Positions 1-10,021 of a DNA stretch of 64,000 nucleotides are shown in pieces; position 1 is the first letter of the stretch; each line of letters starts with the position of its first letter. The stretch lies in the NCBI GenBank assembly GCA_963674945.2, contig CAXXWQ010000003.1, positions 1,696,001-1,760,000 on the forward strand. The letters run 5' to 3'. A model generated the notes under the pieces. The model made no database searches, had not been told where the DNA came from, and saw only the letters and a list, made by a program, of their open reading frames with translations. This DNA comes from an uncultured Desulfosarcina sp. GTDB taxonomy: Bacteria > Desulfobacterota > Desulfobacteria > Desulfobacterales > Desulfosarcinaceae. The position numbers and the translations under genes are program-made.

Positions 1-76
1 GCAACGGTCGATTTCTGCGAACTTCGTAACCAAAATGCCTGAATGCGTTAAGAATGATCCTTTTGATCGACTTCAT
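1..76 (-). CDS. N-terminus of a gene running off the window edge (polysaccharide locus, function not assignable)
   Basis: ATG at 76 preceded by GGGGG; reads MKSIKRIILNAFRHFGYEVRRNRPL, open to the edge; resembles the N-terminus of the GT at 1214-2416. Confidence 0.5.
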   Translation of the reverse strand, partial: MKSIKRIILNAFRHFGYEVRRNRPL

Positions 77-134
77 AAGGCCATCCCCCGATACTCTTTC
101 AGGATGGCATCACATCAGGGTAAGAAATAGTCCC

Positions 135-1205
135 CTATTTTTCCACTCTTCTGGTAAAAGGCACACGAATTTTGAAAACCCATTGACTTGCTGCCTCGGT
201 CCTGTTCAGCACGACACCATCGATACATCCAAACCACTGGTTCTCCCCGACCTGATGCAAATCCAGTTGATGGAACCCATCGGCACGCCAAGCAGGTGTT
301 GCGCTTGTTTCTTCGGCACCTTCAACCTCGATTAACGGCATGCCTTCTAACTCATGCTCATCATAATCCGTTCTGGTTAGTGTATCAATCTGAAATATCC
401 GTACACGGTTTCCATAGGTCGGCCAATCATCCTGTGAAACCCGAAACAACACGTTTTTATACACCAAAATCTTTCCCGCCGGCCGCGCTATGTTTGCATC
501 ACCCTGAATAATTGGGGAAGAAGGGTGTTCAGACCATGGACCACGCAGTTCTTTTGCATGATACAAGCGCAAAGTGCTCATACCTTGAGGATCCGTCGTT
601 GTGAATATCCACCAATGGTCCTTGTATTTTAGTATTGTGGAATCCGCAAATGGCCTTCCACGTATGAGTGTCGAATCATGGTGCCAGGAAAAAGGAAAAT
701 CAGTCGATTTATACAGCCGGATCTCGTTGACCACATTGGTTTCCGGAATCATGTAGTATTGCTCGTCAGCGACAAACACGTGGGGATAGGATAAATGAAA
801 GGCCTCATCCAAAACGATTTTTTGGTATTCCCAATCAATCCCGTCCGCACTTTTTGCTAGACCAATGTCACCCTGCCCGGATTGTTTGTTGAATACTTCA
901 AAAAACATATACCAGCTGTTATTCTCATGAATCATAAACGGATCGGCAACGAAAAGGGCGTCTACGTCATCAATATCCCCTGCGTCCAAAACCGGGTTTT
1001 TCGTCTGCTGTTTTTCATAGAGCCGCAGCGGTTGCTTTCCCCACACGGTTCCAATCGAATAGGAATAACTTATTTTCGAAGGTTCCAGTTCTCTGGAAAA
1101 CTCAACCAACGGAACGTCAATACCAAGAATTCTTATGGAAAAAAAGATGGATAAAAGAATCAAGAGTACAGACAACCCAATCATTGTAAGCTTTTTCTTC
1201 GACAT
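135..1205 (-). CDS. Membrane-anchored five-bladed beta-propeller glycoside hydrolase-like protein (GINT1 N-terminal/GH43-like)
   Basis: N-terminal TM helix; FVADPF, HLSYPHVF, YYMIPET, ARPAG, QDD-x3-YG motifs. Confidence 0.7.
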   Translation of the reverse strand: MSKKKLTMIGLSVLLILLSIFFSIRILGIDVPLVEFSRELEPSKISYSYSIGTVWGKQPLRLYEKQQTKNPVLDAGDIDDVDALFVADPFMIHENNSWYMFFEVFNKQSGQGDIGLAKSADGIDWEYQKIVLDEAFHLSYPHVFVADEQYYMIPETNVVNEIRLYKSTDFPFSWHHDSTLIRGRPFADSTILKYKDHWWIFTTTDPQGMSTLRLYHAKELRGPWSEHPSSPIIQGDANIARPAGKILVYKNVLFRVSQDDWPTYGNRVRIFQIDTLTRTDYDEHELEGMPLIEVEGAEETSATPAWRADGFHQLDLHQVGENQWFGCIDGVVLNRTEAASQWVFKIRVPFTRRVEK

Positions 1206-1213
1206 TTGTTATC

Positions 1214-2416
1214 CTATTCACGACACGTTTCATTCTCTATATTTTCGACAACCTGTTGATATACCCTGGCGAATTGATCCCGTGTATGGTTCTTGCGGGC
1301 AAAATTCCATGCATTTACCCCCATCTTTTTTAATTGGACTTCGGGCATCTGGGAAATCAGTTTAACCGATCGTTTAATTTCTTCCACGGATAATTCAGTT
1401 AGTACGACACCAAAGTCTTCAGTATCAACACTGGATTCATAGCTAACGATGGGGATCAAACCGGCATGCATACAATTTACCACACTGCCCCCCCCGCCTT
1501 CTGCACAGGAGGGATACACCATCGCCACACACTTATTAACGATCGCAGCAAAGTCCGCTCCGGATACATCGACCCACCCGATGGTATGAATGTTGGGTTG
1601 ATTATAAAGGGCATCGTGATATGCATTCACAAAATCGACTTCCTTATCCAGCGGCCCCAGCACGTACAAATGATGTTCGGGCATCTCAACAAAGGCATCG
1701 AGAACCAAATCCAGTCCTTTGTGAACCAAACCGTGGCTCCCCATCCATAGAAAATTGCTGCGACAGGCATTGAAATCTTTGCGGACGGGAGTGGGAAACG
1801 TTGAACACGTAGAAATCGGTATCCGAAAGATGGGCTTTTTTGCATAACGATATGTGTCGATGGTAAAATCGTTGCCCAAAATGGTTACATAATCGGCGTG
1901 TTCGATGGCCCAGTTGATCTCCTGGAACTTGACGTTGCTCGCTGTCACTCCGGTTTTTTTTTGGAAATCAGACAACCGCTTGTAGGCGGCAAGATTATTG
2001 AACAGCCAGTGCGCCATGTCCAAATGAGCGATTTTAATACAATCCGCGTTGATCAGCGATGAGATCCTTTGAAATTCTGTTCGTGCGCCAACAAAAAAAG
2101 CATACTTTTTTTTGGGCACAAACCTGGAATTACGATAGTCAATGACATCAACCCGGTAACCGAGGTTTAAGAATGTTTGGGCAATCTGGTAAGATTCCCA
2201 ATAATGTGTATGTGCGTTGAGGCAATCTGGCTTTTGGGTCAAAAAGGACTCGATCACGTAAGAAAGCAGCACCCGACCTTTTGGGGGGCCCGATGGTTCA
2301 ATAGTTACACGTTTGTAAAGATGCGGTGTATCTGACCTGAAATTCGTCAGATCATACCCAAAATGATGAATGATGGGCAATACAATTCGTTTTAGAATGT
2401 CCAATGACGCTTCCAA
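1214..2416 (-). CDS. Glycosyltransferase, GT4/GT-B fold
   Basis: HKGLDLVLDAF and YPSCAEGGGGSVVNCMHAG motifs; polysaccharide locus. Confidence 0.85.
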   Translation of the reverse strand: MEASLDILKRIVLPIIHHFGYDLTNFRSDTPHLYKRVTIEPSGPPKGRVLLSYVIESFLTQKPDCLNAHTHYWESYQIAQTFLNLGYRVDVIDYRNSRFVPKKKYAFFVGARTEFQRISSLINADCIKIAHLDMAHWLFNNLAAYKRLSDFQKKTGVTASNVKFQEINWAIEHADYVTILGNDFTIDTYRYAKKPIFRIPISTCSTFPTPVRKDFNACRSNFLWMGSHGLVHKGLDLVLDAFVEMPEHHLYVLGPLDKEVDFVNAYHDALYNQPNIHTIGWVDVSGADFAAIVNKCVAMVYPSCAEGGGGSVVNCMHAGLIPIVSYESSVDTEDFGVVLTELSVEEIKRSVKLISQMPEVQLKKMGVNAWNFARKNHTRDQFARVYQQVVENIENETCRE

Positions 2417-2485
2417 TCATTTCCGCACTGCAATCCAGTTTACGCCAACAACTGCAATCAATAGTAAATCAAAGAAAAGAGATCG

Positions 2486-3823
2486 TTATTCTGCTGGATT
2501 GTAAATAGTCGTCCATTTTAACAAAGGCCTTACCGCCCCCATCATGTCGCGACCATAATCCCCCCTGGCCGAATCACCTTCGTCGGTGTCAACGACTGTA
2601 AAAGATACCGCACTGCGTTCAAGGAACTCCAGGGTATCCGGGCTGAGTGTAATTAGACAGCAATTCACATAATGGACCCCTTCGGCCAGTAAGTTACCGG
2701 GAACATGTGCGATACTCGTATAGCGGCCCTTCGGTCGCGGCCGCTTGCGCCATTCCGGATCGAGATCAACAGTAAGGAAAACCAACGTGCCTTCTTCATT
2801 CTGCAATCCGAAATGGGGTAACAGCATGACTCCGGATTTATTCAAATCGAAGGTCATTTCGATCGTGAAAGGTCTTCGAATATCAATGGCATCGGAGACC
2901 TCGCCATTATCCGATTTCACCTTGACTGCGCATAGTCGCGAAACCTCACCAGCCGGAGCCCTCTGGGGATCCTTCCATTCGCGGGAGGCTGATGTACCGC
3001 TCCCGGAAGTCATATAAGCGCCGACGACTTTGTGGGAAGGCCCGTCGTCAATGATCCGTCCCTCCTCCAACAAGATGGCTCGCTGGCAAAGCCGAGTGAT
3101 GGCGGCCATATTATGGGAAACGAAGAGAACCGTTCGCCCCTGCTGTCCGACATCTTCCATCTTATCCAGGCATTTTCGCTGAAAATCAGCATCACCGACG
3201 GCCAGGACTTCATCGACAACCAGTACTTCTGGTTCCAGGTGGGCGGCAACTGAAAAGGCAAGTCTGACCTGCATGCCGCTTGAGAACCTTTTGACCGGTG
3301 TATCGATGAATTTTTCAACACCCGAGAAAGCAACGATTTTGTCGAATTTGGCTCTCACCTCCCCACGTTTCATCCCTAAAATTGTGCCATTGAGATAAAC
3401 ATTCTCCCTGCCGGTCAACTCGGGGTGGAATCCGGTACCGACTTCAAGAAGGCTTGATATTTTACCTCGTACGGTTGCCCGCCCTCTTGTCGGATGAGTA
3501 ATACGGCAGAGAATCTTTAACAGTGTTGATTTCCCTGCACCATTATTTCCTATGATCCCGATGGTTTCACCTTTCTGAGCGCTGAAGGAAACATCCCGCA
3601 CCGCCCAGAGCAAATTTGAATGGTTCTCACCATCGGGTGACTCACCCGATAATTCATAATCCTTGAAATGATAAAGTGATCGGTACTTCTGATAATTATT
3701 TATGGGGTTTTTTAAAAACTCAAAGAAAGTACGCGCAAAATTGTCGTGAAGTTCTTCTTTTTTCCCTAATCGATATACCTTGCTAATATTATCGACATGG
3801 ATGGCAGGTTGATTATTCGACAT
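2486..3823 (-). CDS. wzt: Polysaccharide ABC exporter ATP-binding subunit with Wzt C-terminal domain
   Basis: Walker A GNNGAGKST, GTGFHPELTGREN, FSSGMQVRLAF, DEVLAVGD; ~170-aa C-terminal extension. Confidence 0.92.
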   Translation of the reverse strand: MSNNQPAIHVDNISKVYRLGKKEELHDNFARTFFEFLKNPINNYQKYRSLYHFKDYELSGESPDGENHSNLLWAVRDVSFSAQKGETIGIIGNNGAGKSTLLKILCRITHPTRGRATVRGKISSLLEVGTGFHPELTGRENVYLNGTILGMKRGEVRAKFDKIVAFSGVEKFIDTPVKRFSSGMQVRLAFSVAAHLEPEVLVVDEVLAVGDADFQRKCLDKMEDVGQQGRTVLFVSHNMAAITRLCQRAILLEEGRIIDDGPSHKVVGAYMTSGSGTSASREWKDPQRAPAGEVSRLCAVKVKSDNGEVSDAIDIRRPFTIEMTFDLNKSGVMLLPHFGLQNEEGTLVFLTVDLDPEWRKRPRPKGRYTSIAHVPGNLLAEGVHYVNCCLITLSPDTLEFLERSAVSFTVVDTDEGDSARGDYGRDMMGAVRPLLKWTTIYNPAE

Positions 3824-3909
3824 GGTATTTCATCTCTTAGAATTCTTTCAATTACCGGTCAATTCGCTATTTGCCGGCCAACAATCCTATTCGGTTCTGA
3901 AGGATTAAT

Positions 3910-4770
3910 TTAAATCACATCAACGAAGACTCTTTCCATTCGTTTAAAGTAATATGCGCCAAAGAAAAGAAGTACGATTGCGGTCAATATCCCCGGGACG
4001 ATAAAGGGCCATGGAATCGGCAATCCAAGCAAACAGGCCCGAAAGCCCTCAATCGTACCCACAATCGGATTTATTGAATAAATCAAACGCCATTTTTCAG
4101 GAATTTCGGAAGCAGAATAGACGATTGGAGCGGAGTACATCAGCATTTGAAGCGCATATCCCATCGCATATCTGACATCGCGATAACGGATCGCCATCGC
4201 TGACATCAGCATACCGACGCCGGCGGCGACACAGATCATTTGCAATGTGAAAAACGGCAGAAGCAGCAGGCTCCATGTGGGCATCACTCTATAGTATAAA
4301 ATAGCAGAAATAATAATCAATAGAGCGATCCCAAAATCGACGAGCTTTGCAAAAACTGCAGTTAAGGGAAAAATTAAACGCGGAAAATAGACCTTTCCCA
4401 GAACATTCTGTCCTGTCACCAGACTTTGGCTGGATAGGTTCATGGCCTGGGACATAAATGTCCACGGAACAACGGCAACAGTGGTAAACAGAAAATAGGG
4501 AATGCCCTCCGTTTCGATTTTCGCGACATTTCCGAAGATGACTGTAAAAATTACAATTTGCGTTAATGGCTGAACGATTGCCCACAGAAAACCTAGTATC
4601 GTCTGCGCATACAGCACCTTAATATCACGCCAGACCAGAAAGAAAATTAAATCCTTATACTCAAGCAACTCTCTGAAATTAATCAGTTGCCATCCGCTGC
4701 CGGGCTCGATGGTGGTGACATTATCTTCATTAAAACGCAACTTTTCATTGTTTTGACTCTGGCGCAACAT
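3910..4770 (-). CDS. wzm: Polysaccharide ABC exporter permease
   Basis: RDIKVLYAQTILGFLW, KVYFPR, multiple TM helices; adjacent to wzt. Confidence 0.92.
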   Translation of the reverse strand: MLRQSQNNEKLRFNEDNVTTIEPGSGWQLINFRELLEYKDLIFFLVWRDIKVLYAQTILGFLWAIVQPLTQIVIFTVIFGNVAKIETEGIPYFLFTTVAVVPWTFMSQAMNLSSQSLVTGQNVLGKVYFPRLIFPLTAVFAKLVDFGIALLIIISAILYYRVMPTWSLLLLPFFTLQMICVAAGVGMLMSAMAIRYRDVRYAMGYALQMLMYSAPIVYSASEIPEKWRLIYSINPIVGTIEGFRACLLGLPIPWPFIVPGILTAIVLLFFGAYYFKRMERVFVDVI

Positions 4771-5025
4771 AGTAAATTACTCTCCGACGTCATGCTCCGA
4801 CGAGATCTTAATCGGAAATGAATGAATTGTTAACCCAACACCGGTTCAAGTTTTGCCATGGTTCGGATTCACCATAATGTCATTGGGATAAAAAAGTCAT
4901 AAACAATTATGATTGCCCTAACGTTTCGCCCATCAGCGTTCCATCATTCGGTTCTGTGGACAGGTAGCATGATTTCCGCTATTCGCCCCAAAATCCCAAC
5001 CATTGAAAAAGTCACTCAATTTGCG

Positions 5026-5826
5026 TCAAACCAGACCGATTGATCGTATCTTTTCCATGTCCACAGGTGTTCCGATATCCACGAAGTGATTGTCAGGGAA
5101 CAACACGGTGTCTGTAGCCATACCCTGGTCAATGGCAGCCTGAATGACATCGCCCATGGTCAATTCCCCGATGTCATGTCCATCGGAAACCGATCCCTTG
5201 GACTGGGCCATCGGTTTCACCGTTTCGACATACTTATGTAGAAACGAAGTGAATGCCGGTGTCCACAAGGCAATCACCCATGTATATTGCAAATCGGTTT
5301 GTACGGGCCGGATACAGACGCCTCGAAGATTTCCATGGGAATCAAGGTCAAGCATATCGACTTTGTGAGACTCCGGAGCCGGCAGTATTCCGAGAACCAG
5401 GTCGGCGTCGGTTTTCTCCTGTCTGGCGACCAACTGGATAAATGCGTCATCCGGTTGAAAAACGATATCCGGAAATCCGAATGCCACCATTGTCTGACGA
5501 ACGAATGGATAGGCTTGATCAACGGAATAGGGAACGCCGAAAGGCAGATCCATGAGAAGATATGCCAACTGCATGTTGACCAGACCGCCATGTTTGTAAT
5601 AGGCCGGAATATCCCATTTCCCATCTCTGATAACGATGAAGGCCTTGTGTATATTGGCATAACGCATTTTTTCCAATAGGAAATGACTGACCACCTTGGG
5701 GCGCCTTCCGAGATCGTGGGACGGTGGATGAAATCCAATTGGAAATATTTCCTTGCTGCACGGCAATGGCGAAATGCGTCTGGCCTTACCGGCCGCAGGA
5801 ATCAAACCGACGACTTCCATTGGCAA
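5026..5826 (-). CDS. Sugar-phosphate nucleotidyltransferase (dTDP-glucose pyrophosphorylase-like)
   Basis: GLIPAAGKARRISPLPCSKE N-terminal motif; DIGTP near C-terminus. Confidence 0.8.
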   Translation of the reverse strand: MPMEVVGLIPAAGKARRISPLPCSKEIFPIGFHPPSHDLGRRPKVVSHFLLEKMRYANIHKAFIVIRDGKWDIPAYYKHGGLVNMQLAYLLMDLPFGVPYSVDQAYPFVRQTMVAFGFPDIVFQPDDAFIQLVARQEKTDADLVLGILPAPESHKVDMLDLDSHGNLRGVCIRPVQTDLQYTWVIALWTPAFTSFLHKYVETVKPMAQSKGSVSDGHDIGELTMGDVIQAAIDQGMATDTVLFPDNHFVDIGTPVDMEKIRSIGLV

Positions 5827-5841
5827 CTTCCTTTTCCCGCA

Positions 5842-6783
5842 TCAGCCGTAACGCGATCGGTACCAGTCAATGGTCCGCTGCAGCCCTACTTCCAATGAGG
5901 TGCTGGCTTCCCACCCGGTTTTAACCTTAGTGTCCGCAATATCGGCCAGCCGCACCTGCTCCATAGGTCTGTCGGGAATGCTCCCGAAACTGGGTTGAAC
6001 CTCAGCCGACATCAGTGAAAAAATTCGCTGCACGATATCCTGGATTGAGGAAGCCCTTCCGGACCCCAGATCGATCGTGTGGCCGTCGATATTTGAAGCA
6101 TTCGCGATAGCTAAAAAGCCATCAATTACGTCCTTTACAAAAATCCAGTCGACCAACCGATGGCCACTGGACAGCTTTGGGACTTCACCTCTCAACAGGG
6201 AAAGGATAACATATGGTATCAATTTGCTCAGATCGCTTTGTCCGGGCCCATATACCATGAATAAGCGTGCAATCGTTACAGGTGTTCCATAAAGTGCATG
6301 AAACATCCGTCCATAGGCACTTGCCGCAAATTTTGCGGCTGCATACGGAGAAGATGGGACTGCGAATCGGTCACCGATCTCCGGTTCTTCCAAAGAGCCT
6401 GTCAACACCAGTTTTTGACAACCGACGTGGGCTGCCGCACGCAAGATATTAACACTCGAAGCCAAATTGTCTTCAAATGTGGGAACGACCCGTTCCAAGT
6501 CCCGCGCACCAACGACATGGCTGGCGAGATGAAAGATCATGTCGGGCTTTACGGATTCAAGGCCTTGCATAACAGCCTTGCTATCTTTTAAATCTAGTTT
6601 CATCCACAAGGAACACGTATCATTTTTCTTTTGCTCTTTCCTCGATATACCGACAACTTCATTTCCCATTTGAAGTAAACGGCGGCACAGATGCGATCCG
6701 ATAAACCCACTGGCACCGGTTACCAGAATTTTCCTTCCGGACATGTTACTATCCATCAACAGCCACCCTTCATTTATTGCCAT
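5842..6783 (-). CDS. NAD-dependent epimerase/dehydratase
   Basis: VTGASGFIGSH, YAAAK, RLFMVYGPG; start may be 6756. Confidence 0.88.
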   Translation of the reverse strand: MAINEGWLLMDSNMSGRKILVTGASGFIGSHLCRRLLQMGNEVVGISRKEQKKNDTCSLWMKLDLKDSKAVMQGLESVKPDMIFHLASHVVGARDLERVVPTFEDNLASSVNILRAAAHVGCQKLVLTGSLEEPEIGDRFAVPSSPYAAAKFAASAYGRMFHALYGTPVTIARLFMVYGPGQSDLSKLIPYVILSLLRGEVPKLSSGHRLVDWIFVKDVIDGFLAIANASNIDGHTIDLGSGRASSIQDIVQRIFSLMSAEVQPSFGSIPDRPMEQVRLADIADTKVKTGWEASTSLEVGLQRTIDWYRSRYG

Positions 6784-6804
6784 CGATCAGAGCACTGAAT
6801 GATT

Positions 6805-8106
6805 TCAGCATTTTTCAAGCAAATGATGTTCCACCAGGATATCAGAGATCTCTCTTAATGTTGAGAAATCGATTCCCGATCTTTCGGACATATTCAAGAG
6901 TGAATGGTTTCCATCGGCAAGGTTGAGGACCCAAAGCATGGCCAATTGATCTTTCTGACTGCTGCTACGGGCACCGATTTTATCGTAGAGGCCCCGCGTG
7001 CCCAATTGGGGCTCACAAAAAGGATCTGTCCGTACATAGGTTTGATTGTTTTCAATTATGTCGATAACGTCAAGATAGACGGAAAACGACTCAGAGAGAA
7101 ACGATGGTTTCACGATTGAAAAATTATCTGCACTGGTGTGGTACTCTGGATAGCGACCATGGGTTGAGCGGGAAAGACACCCGACCGGCAGATTAAATCC
7201 TGGTGAGCAGAACTGCCGTTCATCATACCCATAGGGAAAAAAATCTATGATTTCATGATCGTATTCGCAATTTTCCAAAACATGGACGACGGCCCGATCG
7301 ATTTCTGCGTCCGCCTGTCTCGAGCGCTTATAAATAAACTTACCCGCATCACCAACACAATTTACAATCAAACCATATTTAATGTTAGAACAATGCTCTT
7401 TGTTAAGTGAAAGCCAGCAGATAGATCCAATCGTTCCAGGAATAAATAAAAAACGATAGGAGTAGCGTAACGACAAATGACTTATATGTTCGGCCAAATA
7501 GGAAGACAGGGCAATCCCGGATAAATTGTCATTGCACAGTGATGGATGACAAATATGACACGACAGTAAGAATTCTTTCTCAGATTCCCCTTTGATCAGC
7601 ATTTCACCGAAGGTTAGTGATCCCTCTTCGAGTGAAGAATCAATAAAAACCTCATACATTTCTTCATTCAGACTCTGATATTGTTCGTGGGCCATACAAA
7701 AGCCCCAGTTTTCATCGTAGTATGTAGTTCGGTAAGGGATCCATCGAGGTTTTTCTGGAATCGTATAAAGATGTCTTGTCAATTCTTCTCTTGTTACTTT
7801 TTTCTCAACCGGGATACTATAGTTTAATACGTGCAGATTATTCTTTTGAAAATCTACTATTTTCTCACCTTTAGAATTTTTTATGTATGCATCGCGTATA
7901 TTCCACTCTTTTGGTATCGTCCAGTCAAACACTTTTGTGCCAGTTGGGACTTCAAATATCTCTATCGGGATGATTTTTCCAATAATATTGAGTGTCTCCC
8001 GAATACCATTTCCCGTGATACTCCTGCAGATCGGATATAAATCAGTAATTAACTGAATCATATCCTGACTGATTCCATTGAAATCAGTTGAAGATTTTTC
8101 TATCAT
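6805..8106 (-). CDS. DUF4910-type M28 peptidase-like protein of polysaccharide loci
   Basis: LYPICRSITGNG, HICHPSLCNDNLSG, GYDERQFCSPG, EYHTSAD, CEPQLG; C-terminal winged-helix-like tail. Confidence 0.85.
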   Translation of the reverse strand: MIEKSSTDFNGISQDMIQLITDLYPICRSITGNGIRETLNIIGKIIPIEIFEVPTGTKVFDWTIPKEWNIRDAYIKNSKGEKIVDFQKNNLHVLNYSIPVEKKVTREELTRHLYTIPEKPRWIPYRTTYYDENWGFCMAHEQYQSLNEEMYEVFIDSSLEEGSLTFGEMLIKGESEKEFLLSCHICHPSLCNDNLSGIALSSYLAEHISHLSLRYSYRFLFIPGTIGSICWLSLNKEHCSNIKYGLIVNCVGDAGKFIYKRSRQADAEIDRAVVHVLENCEYDHEIIDFFPYGYDERQFCSPGFNLPVGCLSRSTHGRYPEYHTSADNFSIVKPSFLSESFSVYLDVIDIIENNQTYVRTDPFCEPQLGTRGLYDKIGARSSSQKDQLAMLWVLNLADGNHSLLNMSERSGIDFSTLREISDILVEHHLLEKC

Positions 8107-8225
8107 CGTACAACCTTAAAAAACCGCTTAGAAAAGACTGTTTTTTTTAATGAAAATAAAAAACGCAAATAAAAATCCCTGATATTCGGCTATGGCGTTT
8201 GACGACTATGAATTTCCAACAATTA

Positions 8226-8771
8226 TTAGATCATCGAGGATCTACTTATATAGTTGCATAGTTGTTCATCTTTTTCAGAAATAGTTATTTCTTTGATGGG
8301 CCATTCTATTTTGAAAGTTGGGTCATTATGATGGATACCACGAGCACATTCCGGATGATAAAACTCATTCATTTGATAGTAAACGATAGCATCTTCAGAT
8401 ATTGATTGAAAACCGTGTGCACACCCTTTTGGGATGTAAACGGATCTGTTGTTATCGTCACTCAGTTCAACTGATATCCACTTGGTTCGCGTTGGGGAAT
8501 CTGGCCTTATATCAACAATCACATCATATATTTTCCCCATAGTACATCTGACAATTTTTGCTTCTTCGTAGGGTTCACATTGATAATGCAAACCTCTCAG
8601 TGTACCCTCTTTCTTATTGTATGAAATGCTGCACTGAACAATGTTAAAGTCTATACCAAATTTAGCAAATTCATTAATACAAAACGTTCTTGAAAAAAAG
8701 CCACGTTCATCATTGTTTGGATCAATATCGATAATTATTACACCCTGAATACTAGTTTCTAAAAAAATCAT
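8226..8771 (-). CDS. rfbC: dTDP-4-dehydrorhamnose 3,5-epimerase family
   Basis: DERGFF, GTLRGLHYQ, DVIVDIR, PKGCAHGFQ, SEKD. Confidence 0.9.
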   Translation of the reverse strand: MIFLETSIQGVIIIDIDPNNDERGFFSRTFCINEFAKFGIDFNIVQCSISYNKKEGTLRGLHYQCEPYEEAKIVRCTMGKIYDVIVDIRPDSPTRTKWISVELSDDNNRSVYIPKGCAHGFQSISEDAIVYYQMNEFYHPECARGIHHNDPTFKIEWPIKEITISEKDEQLCNYISRSSMI

Positions 8772-10009
8772 TGGAAAATCCTAACTTCAGGTATAAAAAC
8801 AACAAATTTACCTCCCCAATCTCGAATATGTGACATCTGTGACATGATTTCCTCTTTGAGATTCCAGGGAAGAATAACCAAATAATCGGGCTTGTCGTTC
8901 TCTACTTTGTCGGTAGCATGAATAGGAATACGGGTCCCAGGCAAAAATAAACCCTGTTTGTGAGGACTTCTATCTACCGTAAATGAAATGAAATCATTTC
9001 GGACTCCGCAATAATTCAAAAGAGTGTTCCCCTTGGCGGGCGCACCATAACAGGCAATTGATTTTCCTTCGTTATCGGCTCTGATAAAAAAATCCAAGAT
9101 ATCCTTTTTTATTTTCTTTACCTTTTTATTGAATGACAAATAGATGTCCAACTCCTCGAAACCAGCATCTGATTCCTTCTTTAAAAGCATTCCGACGCGA
9201 CTGTTGATCTCTTTCGATTTGTCGCCGGCATGGCACGCATAAATCCTAAGCGATCCGCCATGTGTCGAAATTTCATCGACATCAAATATCATAAGACCGT
9301 GTTTTAAAAATACCTTATTTACCGTATGGAAAGAAAAATAGGAAAAATGCTCATGATAAATTGTATCGAACTGGTTTTCTGCCATTAAACACAGTAAGTG
9401 AGGGAATTCCATCGTAATAATTCCGTTTGTGTTTAGGATCTTTTTCATTCCCTTTACGAAATCATTGAGGTTCGGAACGTGCGCAAGAACATTATTACCA
9501 ATCAAAAGGTCTGCTTGTCGGTTATTTTCTGCCAAAACCGAGGCGGTCTCTTCACCGAAAAATTTACATATCGTTGGAATGCCAATTTTTTCTGCCGCTT
9601 CAGCCACATTTCGGGCAGGCTCGATACCCAATACAGGTATTCCATATTCCTTAAAGTATTGAAGAAGGTAGCCATCGTTGCTGGCAATTTCCACCACATG
9701 ACTATTGGCATCAAAGCCAAATCGTTGAACCATGGCTTTACAATATTCTTTCGCATGACTGAGCCATGAATCCGAATAAGAAGAGAAATAAGCATAATCA
9801 CTAAATATTTTATCTGGATTCTCCCATTCTGGTAACTGGACAAGCTTGCATTCTTCACAAACGTATACATGCAGCGGGAAAAATGCCTCCATGGCGTGAA
9901 GTTTCGTCTCAGTTAGATAGGAGTTTGCAAGGGGTGACCCCCCCAGGTCAACGAAAGTATGTTTTAATGTACTATTACAAAATCGACAGCAATTTTTCAT
10001 GGTTGTCAT
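8768..10009 (-). CDS. NDP-hexose C-methyltransferase family SAM-dependent methyltransferase
   Basis: N-terminal CRFC...CEEC Zn site, VEIASNDGYLL, DTIYHEH, HGGSLR, YGAPAKGNTLLN. Confidence 0.88.
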   Translation of the reverse strand: MTTMKNCCRFCNSTLKHTFVDLGGSPLANSYLTETKLHAMEAFFPLHVYVCEECKLVQLPEWENPDKIFSDYAYFSSYSDSWLSHAKEYCKAMVQRFGFDANSHVVEIASNDGYLLQYFKEYGIPVLGIEPARNVAEAAEKIGIPTICKFFGEETASVLAENNRQADLLIGNNVLAHVPNLNDFVKGMKKILNTNGIITMEFPHLLCLMAENQFDTIYHEHFSYFSFHTVNKVFLKHGLMIFDVDEISTHGGSLRIYACHAGDKSKEINSRVGMLLKKESDAGFEELDIYLSFNKKVKKIKKDILDFFIRADNEGKSIACYGAPAKGNTLLNYCGVRNDFISFTVDRSPHKQGLFLPGTRIPIHATDKVENDKPDYLVILPWNLKEEIMSQMSHIRDWGGKFVVFIPEVRIFQ

Positions 10010-10021
10010 GAGTATATCGCC

